Source: Syntrophorhabdaceae bacterium (GTDB lineage: Bacteria; Desulfobacterota; Syntrophorhabdia; Syntrophorhabdales; Syntrophorhabdaceae). From it: a DNA stretch of 64,000 nucleotides. Positions within the stretch are counted from its first letter, which is position 1. Every line of letters begins with the position of its first letter. The notes beneath the pieces were generated by a model, which made no database searches, was not told the origin of the DNA, and saw only the letters and a program-made list of their open reading frames with translations. The stretch spans positions 2,528,001 to 2,592,000 of the forward strand of contig OY762209.1 in the NCBI GenBank assembly GCA_963665295.1, written 5' to 3'. Below, one piece after another: positions 48,488-57,534 of the stretch. The translations under genes and the position numbers were made by a program.

Positions 48488-51124
48488 GTGAAGTCCCTAC
48501 TTGGCCAAGTATTACCTGTGTTGTCTCTCCTCAGCCTGCTCTTTTTTGCCTGTTTCCCGGCAACCCCTGTCCACGGGGTGGTGAAGATCGATTCAGAGCT
48601 TCGAAAGCTCATGAGCGAGGATGAATCGACGGGCTATATCATACACTTCAAATCGAAGCTCAGCCTCAAGAAGGCATACGCCATGGAATGGAAGGCACGG
48701 GGTCGCTTCGTCGCCGACACCCTGAGAGATACGGCAAACGAGTCCCAGGCCGGCGTAAAAGCGTACCTCAAGGACAGGAACGCCCTGTACAAAAGCTTCT
48801 GGGTAGGGAATATGATCGTGGTGGAGGCGTCCGACCTCGCCACTCTCAACGGCCTCGAGGACTTCCCCGAAATAGACCGGATCGCCCGGCGACCGAGGAT
48901 AGTTCTCCACGAGCCCGTGGAAATATTTCCTGCCACCCAAAACTCGAGTATAGCGCCGAACCTCTCCCACGTGAGGGTCGACCAGGTGTGGACCACCCTC
49001 GGCATCAAGGGGAGCGGGGTAACGGTGGCGAATATCGACACGGGCGTGCGCTACACCCACCAGGCCCTCGTGAACCAGTACCGGGGCAATTCGGGCGGGG
49101 CCTATAACCACAACTACAACTGGTGGGACCCCTACGGCGACCATCCCGCCGAGCCGGGCGACGATCTCGGCCACGGGAGCCACACCATGGGCGTCATGGT
49201 GGGCTCCGACGGAGGATCGAACCAGACCGGCATGGCACCGGAGGCAAGGTGGATCGCCTGCAGGGCATGCAGCACGAGCTCCTGCAGCGACACGGCCCTC
49301 TTCGAATGCGGCCAGTGGGTGATCGCCCCGTGGGACTTGAACAAGTCTTCTCCCGATCCGGACTTGAGGCCCCAGGTGGTGAACAACTCGTGGAGCGACT
49401 GCAGCCGGAGCTATGAGGACTTTTTTCAGGATGTCATCGATGCCTGGCATGCGGCCGGCATCTACCCTGTCTTTTCAGCCGGTAATGCAGGCAACTGTGG
49501 ATACCCGGAGCCTCCGGGATGCGGGACCATAGGCGGCCCCGGGCGACTCGCCAATGTGACCGCAGTGGGCGCAACAGGCACAAGCGACGGGCAGTATGCG
49601 AGCTTCTCGAACTGGGGCCCCACGGACACCCCCGACACGGTGAACCCCGGCGGCTATCCCTACGTGAAGCCCCAGGTAGTGGCGCCGGGGGCCTCGATCG
49701 TTTCTTCCTATAACTCCGGCGATGGCGGATATGTATCCATGTCCGGTACTTCCATGGCGGCCCCGCACGTGGCGGGCCTCGTAGCGCTTATGCTCAACGC
49801 GTGCCCAAGCCTTTCCCAAATGTATGGAAAAGCGGAGACACTCATTCAGAGGACTGCCGTCCCCATCCCGTATGCGTCGAACTGCGGAGGCGAGGGGCCG
49901 GGCAACGTGCCGAACAATGCAACGGGCTGGGGCGAGATCGACGCCCTCGCAGCGGTTCGGTCCGCCGCAGAGAGCTGCACATGCGGCGCGGTCACCGGGA
50001 CGGTACGGGACGCCCGCACCAAGAATGCGATCGAGGGCGCGAAAGTGACAGGTGCCGCGGGCACGACCACGGATGCATCGGGTCGATTCACCCTGGACTA
50101 TCTCCCGCCGGGGTCGCAGAACCTGAATGCCTCCCGCCAGGGTTATTACGACAGGACCATCACGATGACCATCGCCAAAAACGCCACTACGACCGTCGAT
50201 ATCAGTCTTGAGCCGAAAGCCATGACCACGCTGACCGGCAAGGTGACGGACGGCTCCGGGGCGAAATGGCCGCTTTACGGGACCGTGGCGGCTACGAGCA
50301 ATGACGAGACGGTGAGGGCCTTCACCAACGCCGCTACCGGGGCCTACACAATGAAGTTGTACAAAGACACTGCGTATGCTTTGCGGGTCTCCTCTACCGG
50401 GTATACCACCGCGGAGACCACCTTTACCACGACGGGAAAATTCAGCCCGAGGAATTTCAGCCTCATGGTCGGCCCCGATTGCTCCGCCCAGGGATACGCG
50501 CTTTCCGGGGGCGCGTGCGCTGTCCGGAGCGGGGGTCTCGTCACCGGCCTCACCAGGGACGCGAACACGAAGAGCCTGGTGCCGGGCATTGTGGTGAATT
50601 CCATATTCGGCACGGGAACGAGCGACTCGAGCGGAAGGTATGTCTTTTTCTCACCTGCAGGGAACAGCCCTTTTGTCGGCAACCCCTCGGCCCTCTCGAA
50701 CTACGGCAGCCTTACCCGATGGGTGACCGTCACAGCGGGCAAGATCGTCACCTCCAATTTCGACCTTCCTGCGCCTGTATTGAAGGGGCCGAAGAGTGTG
50801 AGCGTGACCCTTGCTCAAGGCTCGACGAAGAAGGCCACGGTCAAGCTGCAGAACGCCGGGGGGGTCTCGACGCCCTTCACCCTTACCTCGACCGAGGCGG
50901 CGTGGCTCGGTATATCACCCGCCTCGGGCGTCCTGGAGGCAAAGAAGACTCAATCCGTCACGCTCAGCTTCGACGCTGCCGGCATGAGCGCGGGCGTGCA
51001 CAGCGCTCTGATAAATGTGAGCGGCGTGACCCCGTACGACCCTCTGTCCATTCCTGTGACGATGAAGGTAACGGCCGCGAAGAAAGGCGGGACATGGGAT
51101 GAGACCAACTATGGAGATGAATAG
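48488..51124 (+). CDS. Secreted S8 subtilase 4 (start re-called at GTG 48488)
   Basis: RBS and start identical to the 39531 and 45748 genes; IDTG, GHGSH, SAGN and GTSMAAPHV. Confidence 0.88.
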   Translation: MKSLLGQVLPVLSLLSLLFFACFPATPVHGVVKIDSELRKLMSEDESTGYIIHFKSKLSLKKAYAMEWKARGRFVADTLRDTANESQAGVKAYLKDRNALYKSFWVGNMIVVEASDLATLNGLEDFPEIDRIARRPRIVLHEPVEIFPATQNSSIAPNLSHVRVDQVWTTLGIKGSGVTVANIDTGVRYTHQALVNQYRGNSGGAYNHNYNWWDPYGDHPAEPGDDLGHGSHTMGVMVGSDGGSNQTGMAPEARWIACRACSTSSCSDTALFECGQWVIAPWDLNKSSPDPDLRPQVVNNSWSDCSRSYEDFFQDVIDAWHAAGIYPVFSAGNAGNCGYPEPPGCGTIGGPGRLANVTAVGATGTSDGQYASFSNWGPTDTPDTVNPGGYPYVKPQVVAPGASIVSSYNSGDGGYVSMSGTSMAAPHVAGLVALMLNACPSLSQMYGKAETLIQRTAVPIPYASNCGGEGPGNVPNNATGWGEIDALAAVRSAAESCTCGAVTGTVRDARTKNAIEGAKVTGAAGTTTDASGRFTLDYLPPGSQNLNASRQGYYDRTITMTIAKNATTTVDISLEPKAMTTLTGKVTDGSGAKWPLYGTVAATSNDETVRAFTNAATGAYTMKLYKDTAYALRVSSTGYTTAETTFTTTGKFSPRNFSLMVGPDCSAQGYALSGGACAVRSGGLVTGLTRDANTKSLVPGIVVNSIFGTGTSDSSGRYVFFSPAGNSPFVGNPSALSNYGSLTRWVTVTAGKIVTSNFDLPAPVLKGPKSVSVTLAQGSTKKATVKLQNAGGVSTPFTLTSTEAAWLGISPASGVLEAKKTQSVTLSFDAAGMSAGVHSALINVSGVTPYDPLSIPVTMKVTAAKKGGTWDETNYGDE

Positions 51125-51147
51125 CCCGTCCGGCGATAAGGAGAGAA

Positions 51148-52269
51148 GTGATGGATTTCACAAGAAAAAACCTCAGTTTCTTCATAGCCCTTTTATTGTC
51201 GATAGCGCTGTTGGCCGGTTCGGCGAGCGGGCGGCAGAACGAGGAGACCTGGAAATTCGCATTCATCAGCGATACGCAGGGAGACTACAGTAACCCTGCC
51301 GACCATTCCTGTATCAACGGGCCGGTCTTGCGGGCGATCGCCAAAGATATCGCAGAGGAAAGACCCGACTTCGTCCTTGTCGGGGGCGACCTGGTAAACG
51401 GCTGGCACCGGAATGGCGGCACGGATTACGCAACCCAGTTCGCAAACTGGAAATCCGCCATGGAACCTGTATACAAGGAAGGTATCTCTGTTTTTCCCGT
51501 GCGGGGAAACCATGAGAGCGGTCCCGACCGCGTTGCTCTCCCTCCTCTTCCCGCGCACCTCGAACCTCCTCCCGGAGCGCTCACAAAACTGGAGGAGGCG
51601 TTCAAGGACGCCTTTCCGCGGGCATATGGATATATACCGAAGAATGGGCCGAAAGGCGAGGAGGGTCTCACCTTCGGTTTCACGCACAAGAGTGTTTTCG
51701 TTATTGGGATGGACCAGTACGGACCTCATCCGCACCGCGTAAACCAGGAATGGCTCGACCGCGAACTTGCGGCCAACACGAAACCCCACGTATTTCTCTA
51801 TGGTCACGAACCGGCTTTCGGAGTCGGTCACATCGATAACCTCGCCTTCTACCCCGCGGACCGGGACCGCCTTTGGGACAGCTTCGGGAAGGGAGGCGGA
51901 AGGGTTTATTTTTCGGGACACGACCACTTTTATAATAGGGCGGCTATCCCAGACAAGACGGGGAACCGGATCTACCAGGTGATTGCAGGCACGGGAGGAG
52001 GCCGTTTCAGGGCGTGGAGCGGGGCGTACGCCGAAAGAGAGAGGGTGAAGGGAGAATACAGCGATTCCGGCAAGCACGGATACATTCTTGTCACCATTGA
52101 AGGTTCGAGGGCTACGGTTGCCTGGAAGGCGTTGCGCCGGGCAAACGGGGTTGACCTGTGGGAGGTTCGCGATTCCTTCTCATACACCCTTCCCGGCGTA
52201 GTAAACAAGATTCGTGGAGCAGACAGCGGTCTTTCGGCAGGTCCGCCGCTTGCACCGGTTCACCCCTGA
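51148..52269 (+). CDS. Secreted calcineurin-like metallophosphoesterase
   Basis: Signal peptide; SDTQ, GGDLV, RGNHE, GHEP and SGHDH motifs. Confidence 0.88.
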   Translation: MMDFTRKNLSFFIALLLSIALLAGSASGRQNEETWKFAFISDTQGDYSNPADHSCINGPVLRAIAKDIAEERPDFVLVGGDLVNGWHRNGGTDYATQFANWKSAMEPVYKEGISVFPVRGNHESGPDRVALPPLPAHLEPPPGALTKLEEAFKDAFPRAYGYIPKNGPKGEEGLTFGFTHKSVFVIGMDQYGPHPHRVNQEWLDRELAANTKPHVFLYGHEPAFGVGHIDNLAFYPADRDRLWDSFGKGGGRVYFSGHDHFYNRAAIPDKTGNRIYQVIAGTGGGRFRAWSGAYAERERVKGEYSDSGKHGYILVTIEGSRATVAWKALRRANGVDLWEVRDSFSYTLPGVVNKIRGADSGLSAGPPLAPVHP

Positions 52270-52651
52270 ATCTGTTTTCTCCGTGGTCCTGCTGTGGAGC
52301 GAGGGGGAACGTCAAACTCTCCGTCGCATAGGAGAACCTTCGTGAAGAGTGAACCGGCTCCATCAGAACTGGAACGGATGAATTGTCCGGTTTTCTATGT
52401 TCTTGTACTAATCTCATTCAAAGTAAACCCCGGCTCCACCGGAGGGCCCCCAGGGCACGACGGACGGGATCGTGAGTATCATGTAATGTGAATACCGGTC
52501 TCCGGAAGTCGGGGACGGCGGGTCCTGCTCCACCCCAACCGGCCCGGGCGGGTGCTTGGCGCAGGACATCCACCGGGATGAGGGCTTTCTCCATATCGAA
52601 AAATATAGACAAAACGAATGCCCCTAGTTTATATTATGCCAATATTTAATT

Positions 52652-52699
52652 TGACTAATCACTTGTGTGCATGATAAAATTCTCACAAGCTAGTAGTCA
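52652..52699. promoter_or_regulatory. Extended dyad operator candidate upstream of the hdrA operon
   Basis: TGACTA-N4-CTTGTG-N16-CACAAG-N4-TAGTCA in an AT-rich tract. Confidence 0.5.
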
Positions 52700-52847
52700 C
52701 AAACCGACACAAGGAAGACAAAGTATAGTGCAGAAGAGATTGATTTTTCTATCATTGGTCTGAGAAACGCAGAGGAGGCCCGTCGGGTCTCTCCTGATGA
52801 CCGTGCCCGTCGTTTCTCCGCCCTAACCCACCTTAAAATCTCCTGGG

Positions 52848-52880
52848 AATCCGGCGCAGAAAAGTGCGGCCGGATTTTTT
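52848..52880 (+). terminator. Intrinsic terminator-like hairpin in the hdrA leader
   Basis: AATCCGGCGCA-GAAAAG-TGCGGCCGGATT followed by TTTT. Confidence 0.55.
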
Positions 52881-53081
52881 AATTCACAGGAGGTGTTCAT
52901 GCCGGATACCACACGAATGCGGACGGGGTTTGACCCCGAGTCCCGTGACGCGTTCCTCCTCATTACGGAAGAGGCCCATCCGGGCCTGAAAACCCACAAA
53001 AGCAACAGCGCAAGCTGTCCGGGACAGGTGCGGCCTGCTCCGGACGCAAGAGCAAAAATAAGCAGGACGAGTCTATAGAAG

Positions 53082-56000
53082 ATGGAGAAGGAACCCATGG
53101 AAAAAGAACTGGACACACAAATAGAACAACTCTGTAAGAGTTTCGGTGAGAGTAATTTCGGAGATGTCATGATTGTCGGCGGAGGGATCAGCGGCATCCA
53201 GGCCGCCCTCGATCTCGGCACCGCGGGTTTCAAGGTCTACCTTGTGGACAAGTCGCCGACCATCGGCGGCCACATGTCCCAACTCGACAAGACCTTTCCC
53301 ACGAATGACTGCTCCATGTGTATCGAGTCCCCCAAGTTTGTGGAATGCAACAGGCATCCCAACATAGAAATCATGTCCTACACGGAAGTGGACAGCGTGG
53401 AGGGGAAGGCGGGAGACTTCAAGGTAACGCTGACGAAAAAGGCGAGATATGTTGATGAGAGCAAGTGCACGGGTTGCACGGTCTGCGTGGAGTACTGCCC
53501 CGTCAAATACCCGGATCAGTTCAACCAGGATATATCCAAGAACAAAGCCGTTCACATATACTTCGCCCAGGCGATTCCACTCAAACCGTACATAGATGAA
53601 AGCTGCCTTTATCTCAGTGAGAAGAAATGCCGGATCTGCGAAGCGGTCTGCAAGACGAAGGCCATAGACCTTAACCAGGCAGCGGAGAAAGTGGACGTGA
53701 AGGTGGGGGCCATAATCCTGTCTCCGGGTTTTGAACCCTTCGACCCCAAACTGAGGGAGGAATACCGCTACGGAGAGTTCGTGAACGTGGTAACCAGTAT
53801 GGACTATGAAAGGTTGTTATGCGCCACCGGTCCATATGAAGGCGAGATACTGCGCGGCTCCGACAAGAAACACCCTCACAACATAGCCTGGATTCACTGT
53901 GTCGGTTCCAGACAGGTTACCGAGGGCGGCAACAGCTACTGTTCCGCCGTATGCTGCACCTATACCCAGAAACAGATCATCTTGACCAAGGACCATGACG
54001 CCGAAGCGAAATGCACCATATTTCATAATGATATCCGTTCCTACGGAAAGGATTTCGAGCGGTTCTACCAGAGAACGGAGAAGCTTCCCGGCATCCGGTT
54101 CCTCAGAAGCTACACGTCCATAGTGCGGGAGGACCCGGTAACCAGGAACGTGACCATCCGGTACTCCACTCCCGACGATGGGGTGAAAGAGGAGGAGTTC
54201 GACATGGTGGTATTGTCCGTGGGACTGACCCCTCCTTTTGATTCCAAGGGTCTGGCAAACAGGTTCGGCATCGAGCTTAACAGCCATGGATTCTGTGCGG
54301 TCAATCCCTTTAATCCCATGGAAACCTCGCGGCCGGGGATTTTCATCAGCGGTGCGTTCCGGGGCCCCGTCGATATCCCCGAGTCGGTGGTGACGGCCAG
54401 CGGCGCGGGTTCCCAGTGCGGTGAACTTCTTGACTACCGAAGAGGGAAGCTGTCCAAGAAAAGGGTGTATCCCCCGGAAAAGGACGTGTCGCAAGAGGAG
54501 CCCAGGGTAGGTGTGTATGTGTGCCACTGCGGAGCCAATATCGGAAGGATTGTAAATGTCCCTTCCACGGTTGAGTATGCCTTGTCCCTGCCCAATGTCG
54601 CCCACGCCGAGGAGAGCCTTTTCATATGCTCCACCGAATCCGCCGCCATGCTCGCGAAGGACATCCGGGAAAGGGGGCTCAACCGCGTGATCGTCGCCGC
54701 CTGCACCCCGAGGACCCATGAACCGTTATTCCGTGACACCCTCCGTGAGGCGGGGATCAACCAGTACTACTACGACATGGCGAATATCCGGGAGCATTGC
54801 TCCTGGGTGCATTCCAAAGAACAGGAAGGGGCCACGGAAAAGGCCAAAGACATTATCCGCATGTCCGTAGCCCGGGCGTGCCATTTGGAGCCCCTCCAGG
54901 AATTCGACTTGCCCGTCAACAAGACGGCATTGGTCGTGGGAGGCGGTGTCGCCGGTATGACCAGCGCTCTCTCCATAGCGGCGCAGGGACACGAGGTCCA
55001 TCTCGTGGAAAAGGAGGCCGACCTTGGAGGAATCGCCCGAAGAATCTACTCCACTCTGGAAGGTCTTGATGTCCAGGCCTATGTAAGCGACCTGGTGCGC
55101 AAGGTCTACGAGCACCCCCGGATACATGTGTATACAGGTGCGACCATCCCGGATGCGAGCGGGTTCGTGGGCAACTTCGTGACGAAGATAAAGTCCGACA
55201 GGGGAGTAACCGAAGTGAAACACGGGGCAACCATCATCGCCACCGGTGCTGAAGTATACACGCCCACCGAATACCTCTATGGCGAAGACGACAGGGTAAT
55301 GACCCACCTGGAACTTGAGGAGCGGATGGCCAAGGGTGAAGAACAGGTGGTAAACGCCCGGAGCGTGGTCATGATCCAGTGCGTGGGCTGCAGAAACGAA
55401 GAGAGAAACTATTGCAGCCGCATATGCTGCAGCGAGTCGGTGAAGAACGCCCTGAGGTTGAAAGAGATGAACCCCGAAATGGAGGTCTCCATTCTCTTCC
55501 GGGACATCAGGACATATGGGTTCATGGAAGACTATTACAGGGAGGCCGCAGGCAAGGAGGTAAGGTTCATCCGTTACGAGCAGGATGACAAGCCCGTGGT
55601 GGCGCCCGGAGAGTCCGAGGAAGGGAGGCCTGTACTCAAGGTGACGGCCACGGATTTCGTCCTCGGGAAGAAGCTTGAACTTGACGCCGACGTGGTTGTC
55701 CTGGCCGCGGCTGTGATCCCCTCGGCGGACAGGAAGGAAATAGCCGGGCTATTCAAGGTATCCCTCGGACCGGACGAGTTCTTCCAGGAAGCCCACGTGA
55801 AACTGAGGCCCGTCGATTTCGGGGCTGAAGGCGTCTACCTTTGTGGAATAGCCCATTATCCCAAGCTCATATCGGAAACGGTGAGCCAGGCTTACGGGGC
55901 CGCCGGCCGGGCCTTGACCCTCCTCTCGAACGCCACGGTCACCGCTTCGGGTTCCGTGTGCGGCGTGGACGAGGATAAGTGTCTTTCCTGCGGGGCGTGT

Positions 56001-56231
56001 ATCGTGGCATGCACCTATGACGCTATAGACTTCTATGAGACACCCCGGGGCAGGAAGGCCAGGGTAAACCCGGTCCTCTGCAAAGGAGACGGTCTCTGCA
56101 ATGCAAAATGTCCTACAGGAGCTATTTCACTGAAGCACTATACCGACGATGAGCTTTTCAGCCAGATCAGCGCCGCGATTCCCGAAGAAGAGGGTGGGAA
56201 ACAGGCGGATGCCGCGGCGGGAGGTCTCTAA
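53082..56231 (+). CDS. hdrA: HdrA-like FAD/FeS protein, long two-FAD-domain form (BamE-like)
   Basis: Two GxGxxG motifs (GGGISG, GGGVAG), LDKTFPTNDCSMC, CVGSR...CS.VCC, CHCG.NI, ACTPRTHE, NIREHCSWVH, ferredoxin motifs. Confidence 0.92.
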   Translation: MEKEPMEKELDTQIEQLCKSFGESNFGDVMIVGGGISGIQAALDLGTAGFKVYLVDKSPTIGGHMSQLDKTFPTNDCSMCIESPKFVECNRHPNIEIMSYTEVDSVEGKAGDFKVTLTKKARYVDESKCTGCTVCVEYCPVKYPDQFNQDISKNKAVHIYFAQAIPLKPYIDESCLYLSEKKCRICEAVCKTKAIDLNQAAEKVDVKVGAIILSPGFEPFDPKLREEYRYGEFVNVVTSMDYERLLCATGPYEGEILRGSDKKHPHNIAWIHCVGSRQVTEGGNSYCSAVCCTYTQKQIILTKDHDAEAKCTIFHNDIRSYGKDFERFYQRTEKLPGIRFLRSYTSIVREDPVTRNVTIRYSTPDDGVKEEEFDMVVLSVGLTPPFDSKGLANRFGIELNSHGFCAVNPFNPMETSRPGIFISGAFRGPVDIPESVVTASGAGSQCGELLDYRRGKLSKKRVYPPEKDVSQEEPRVGVYVCHCGANIGRIVNVPSTVEYALSLPNVAHAEESLFICSTESAAMLAKDIRERGLNRVIVAACTPRTHEPLFRDTLREAGINQYYYDMANIREHCSWVHSKEQEGATEKAKDIIRMSVARACHLEPLQEFDLPVNKTALVVGGGVAGMTSALSIAAQGHEVHLVEKEADLGGIARRIYSTLEGLDVQAYVSDLVRKVYEHPRIHVYTGATIPDASGFVGNFVTKIKSDRGVTEVKHGATIIATGAEVYTPTEYLYGEDDRVMTHLELEERMAKGEEQVVNARSVVMIQCVGCRNEERNYCSRICCSESVKNALRLKEMNPEMEVSILFRDIRTYGFMEDYYREAAGKEVRFIRYEQDDKPVVAPGESEEGRPVLKVTATDFVLGKKLELDADVVVLAAAVIPSADRKEIAGLFKVSLGPDEFFQEAHVKLRPVDFGAEGVYLCGIAHYPKLISETVSQAYGAAGRALTLLSNATVTASGSVCGVDEDKCLSCGACIVACTYDAIDFYETPRGRKARVNPVLCKGDGLCNAKCPTGAISLKHYTDDELFSQISAAIPEEEGGKQADAAAGGL

Positions 56232-56282
56232 AGCTATGAATTTGAACAGATCAGGTATTTACGGTAAAGGAGGCGAGACCAA

Positions 56283-57062
56283 ATGAGTTCAGGACGTAAA
56301 CCGAGGATGTTAGGTATTATATGCAATTGGTGCTGCTACGGAGGCGCGGACCTCTGCGGTGTCTCCCGGTTTCAGTATCCCCCTTATATAAGGCTTATAA
56401 GGGTGATGTGTTCGGCCAGGGTCGATTTGGCCCACATACTGCTGGCCTTCTCGAAGGGGCAGGACGCGGTGTTCGTGGGCGGCTGTCATCTTGACGACTG
56501 CCACTATATAACCAACGGAAACTACGACGCCTTAAGCAATGTGCTTCTGTGCAAGAAGCTGTTGGAGCACATAGGGATGAACCCCGAAAGGCTCAGGCTT
56601 GAATGGGTGTCCGCCGGCGAAGGAATCCGTTTTGCCAATATCATGAATGATTTTGGGCGGAAGACGGAGGAACTGGGGCCACTCGGCGCAGACGAAGGGA
56701 TAGGGGAGGAGATTCTGAAGTCCAGGCTCGAAGCCCTGGCGAGACTTGTCCCCTATATTAAGATGGTGCAGACGGAGAGGCTGAGAGTGCCTCTGAAGCT
56801 TCGCGTATCGGGAGAATCGGAAGAAAACTATATGAAATACTTCCGGAGCGACGCGGTAAACAAGATAGTGAAGGACACCATTTTGGATAAGCTTGCCATG
56901 AGCGAGATTCTCCTGCTCCTCAAGGAGAAACCCCTCTCCACAGGCATGATGGCAGAAAAGCTGGGCCTGACCCCCTCCGAGGTATCACGGCACATGAACA
57001 CCTCTTCACGACACGGACTGGTCAGGTATGATGTAAACGAGAAGTGCTATACCCTTGCATAA
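56283..57062 (+). CDS. mvhD: MvhD/FlpD-like [2Fe-2S] subunit with C-terminal winged-helix extension (BamF-like)
   Basis: CNWCCYGGADL, RVMCSARVD, GGCHLDDCHY and ERLRLEWVSAGEG. Confidence 0.88.
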   Translation: MSSGRKPRMLGIICNWCCYGGADLCGVSRFQYPPYIRLIRVMCSARVDLAHILLAFSKGQDAVFVGGCHLDDCHYITNGNYDALSNVLLCKKLLEHIGMNPERLRLEWVSAGEGIRFANIMNDFGRKTEELGPLGADEGIGEEILKSRLEALARLVPYIKMVQTERLRVPLKLRVSGESEENYMKYFRSDAVNKIVKDTILDKLAMSEILLLLKEKPLSTGMMAEKLGLTPSEVSRHMNTSSRHGLVRYDVNEKCYTLA

Positions 57063-57072
57063 GGAAGATTAT

Positions 57073-57525
57073 ATGGATAACGAGAGAATCGATCAGATCA
57101 TTGAAAAGCATCACGGAGAGGCGAGCTCCCTCATTCAGGTACTCCTTGAGATCCAAAGCGAGAACCACTGGCTCCCCAAAGAGGCCCTGGAGAGGGTAGC
57201 CCAAAAGCTTGAGGTCCCCCTGACCCGGGTTCAGCACATCGCCACCTTTTACAAAGCCTTCAGCCTGGTTCCCAAGGGACGCCACGAGATCCACGTGTGT
57301 GTGGGCACCGCCTGCCACGTCCGCGGAGCGACCCGCGTCCTCGACGCGCTTCAGGACCTGACGGGGATCAAGCCGGGAGAGACGGACCTGGATCTGAAGT
57401 TCAGCCTCCAGACCGTGAACTGCCTCGGTTGTTGTGCTCTGGGACCCGTGATGGAAGTGGATGGAAAGACTCACGGTAAGATGGCGCCATCCAAGACAGC
57501 AGAGATACTAAAAAACTACGAGTAG
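57073..57525 (+). CDS. NuoE/HydC-like [2Fe-2S] subunit (BamG-like)
   Basis: ATFYKAF, VCVGTACHVRG and CLGCCALGP; start re-called at ATG 57073. Confidence 0.9.
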   Translation: MDNERIDQIIEKHHGEASSLIQVLLEIQSENHWLPKEALERVAQKLEVPLTRVQHIATFYKAFSLVPKGRHEIHVCVGTACHVRGATRVLDALQDLTGIKPGETDLDLKFSLQTVNCLGCCALGPVMEVDGKTHGKMAPSKTAEILKNYE

Positions 57526-57534
57526 GATAAAACT

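Noticed and set aside
9888..51124. Shufflon/invertase-driven cassette system
   Set aside because: All paralogs are co-oriented and full length with their own RBS; no short inverted recombination sites seen; both recombinases lie inside the att-bounded element.
52760..52810. Hammerhead ribozyme (GAAAC...GTC...CTGATGA)
   Set aside because: Core words are present but stem II cannot pair and stem I is marginal.
53076..53078. Pyrrolysine/amber readthrough into hdrA
   Set aside because: hdrA has its own RBS and start, there are no pyl genes in the window, and the upstream peptide shows no HdrA-like features.
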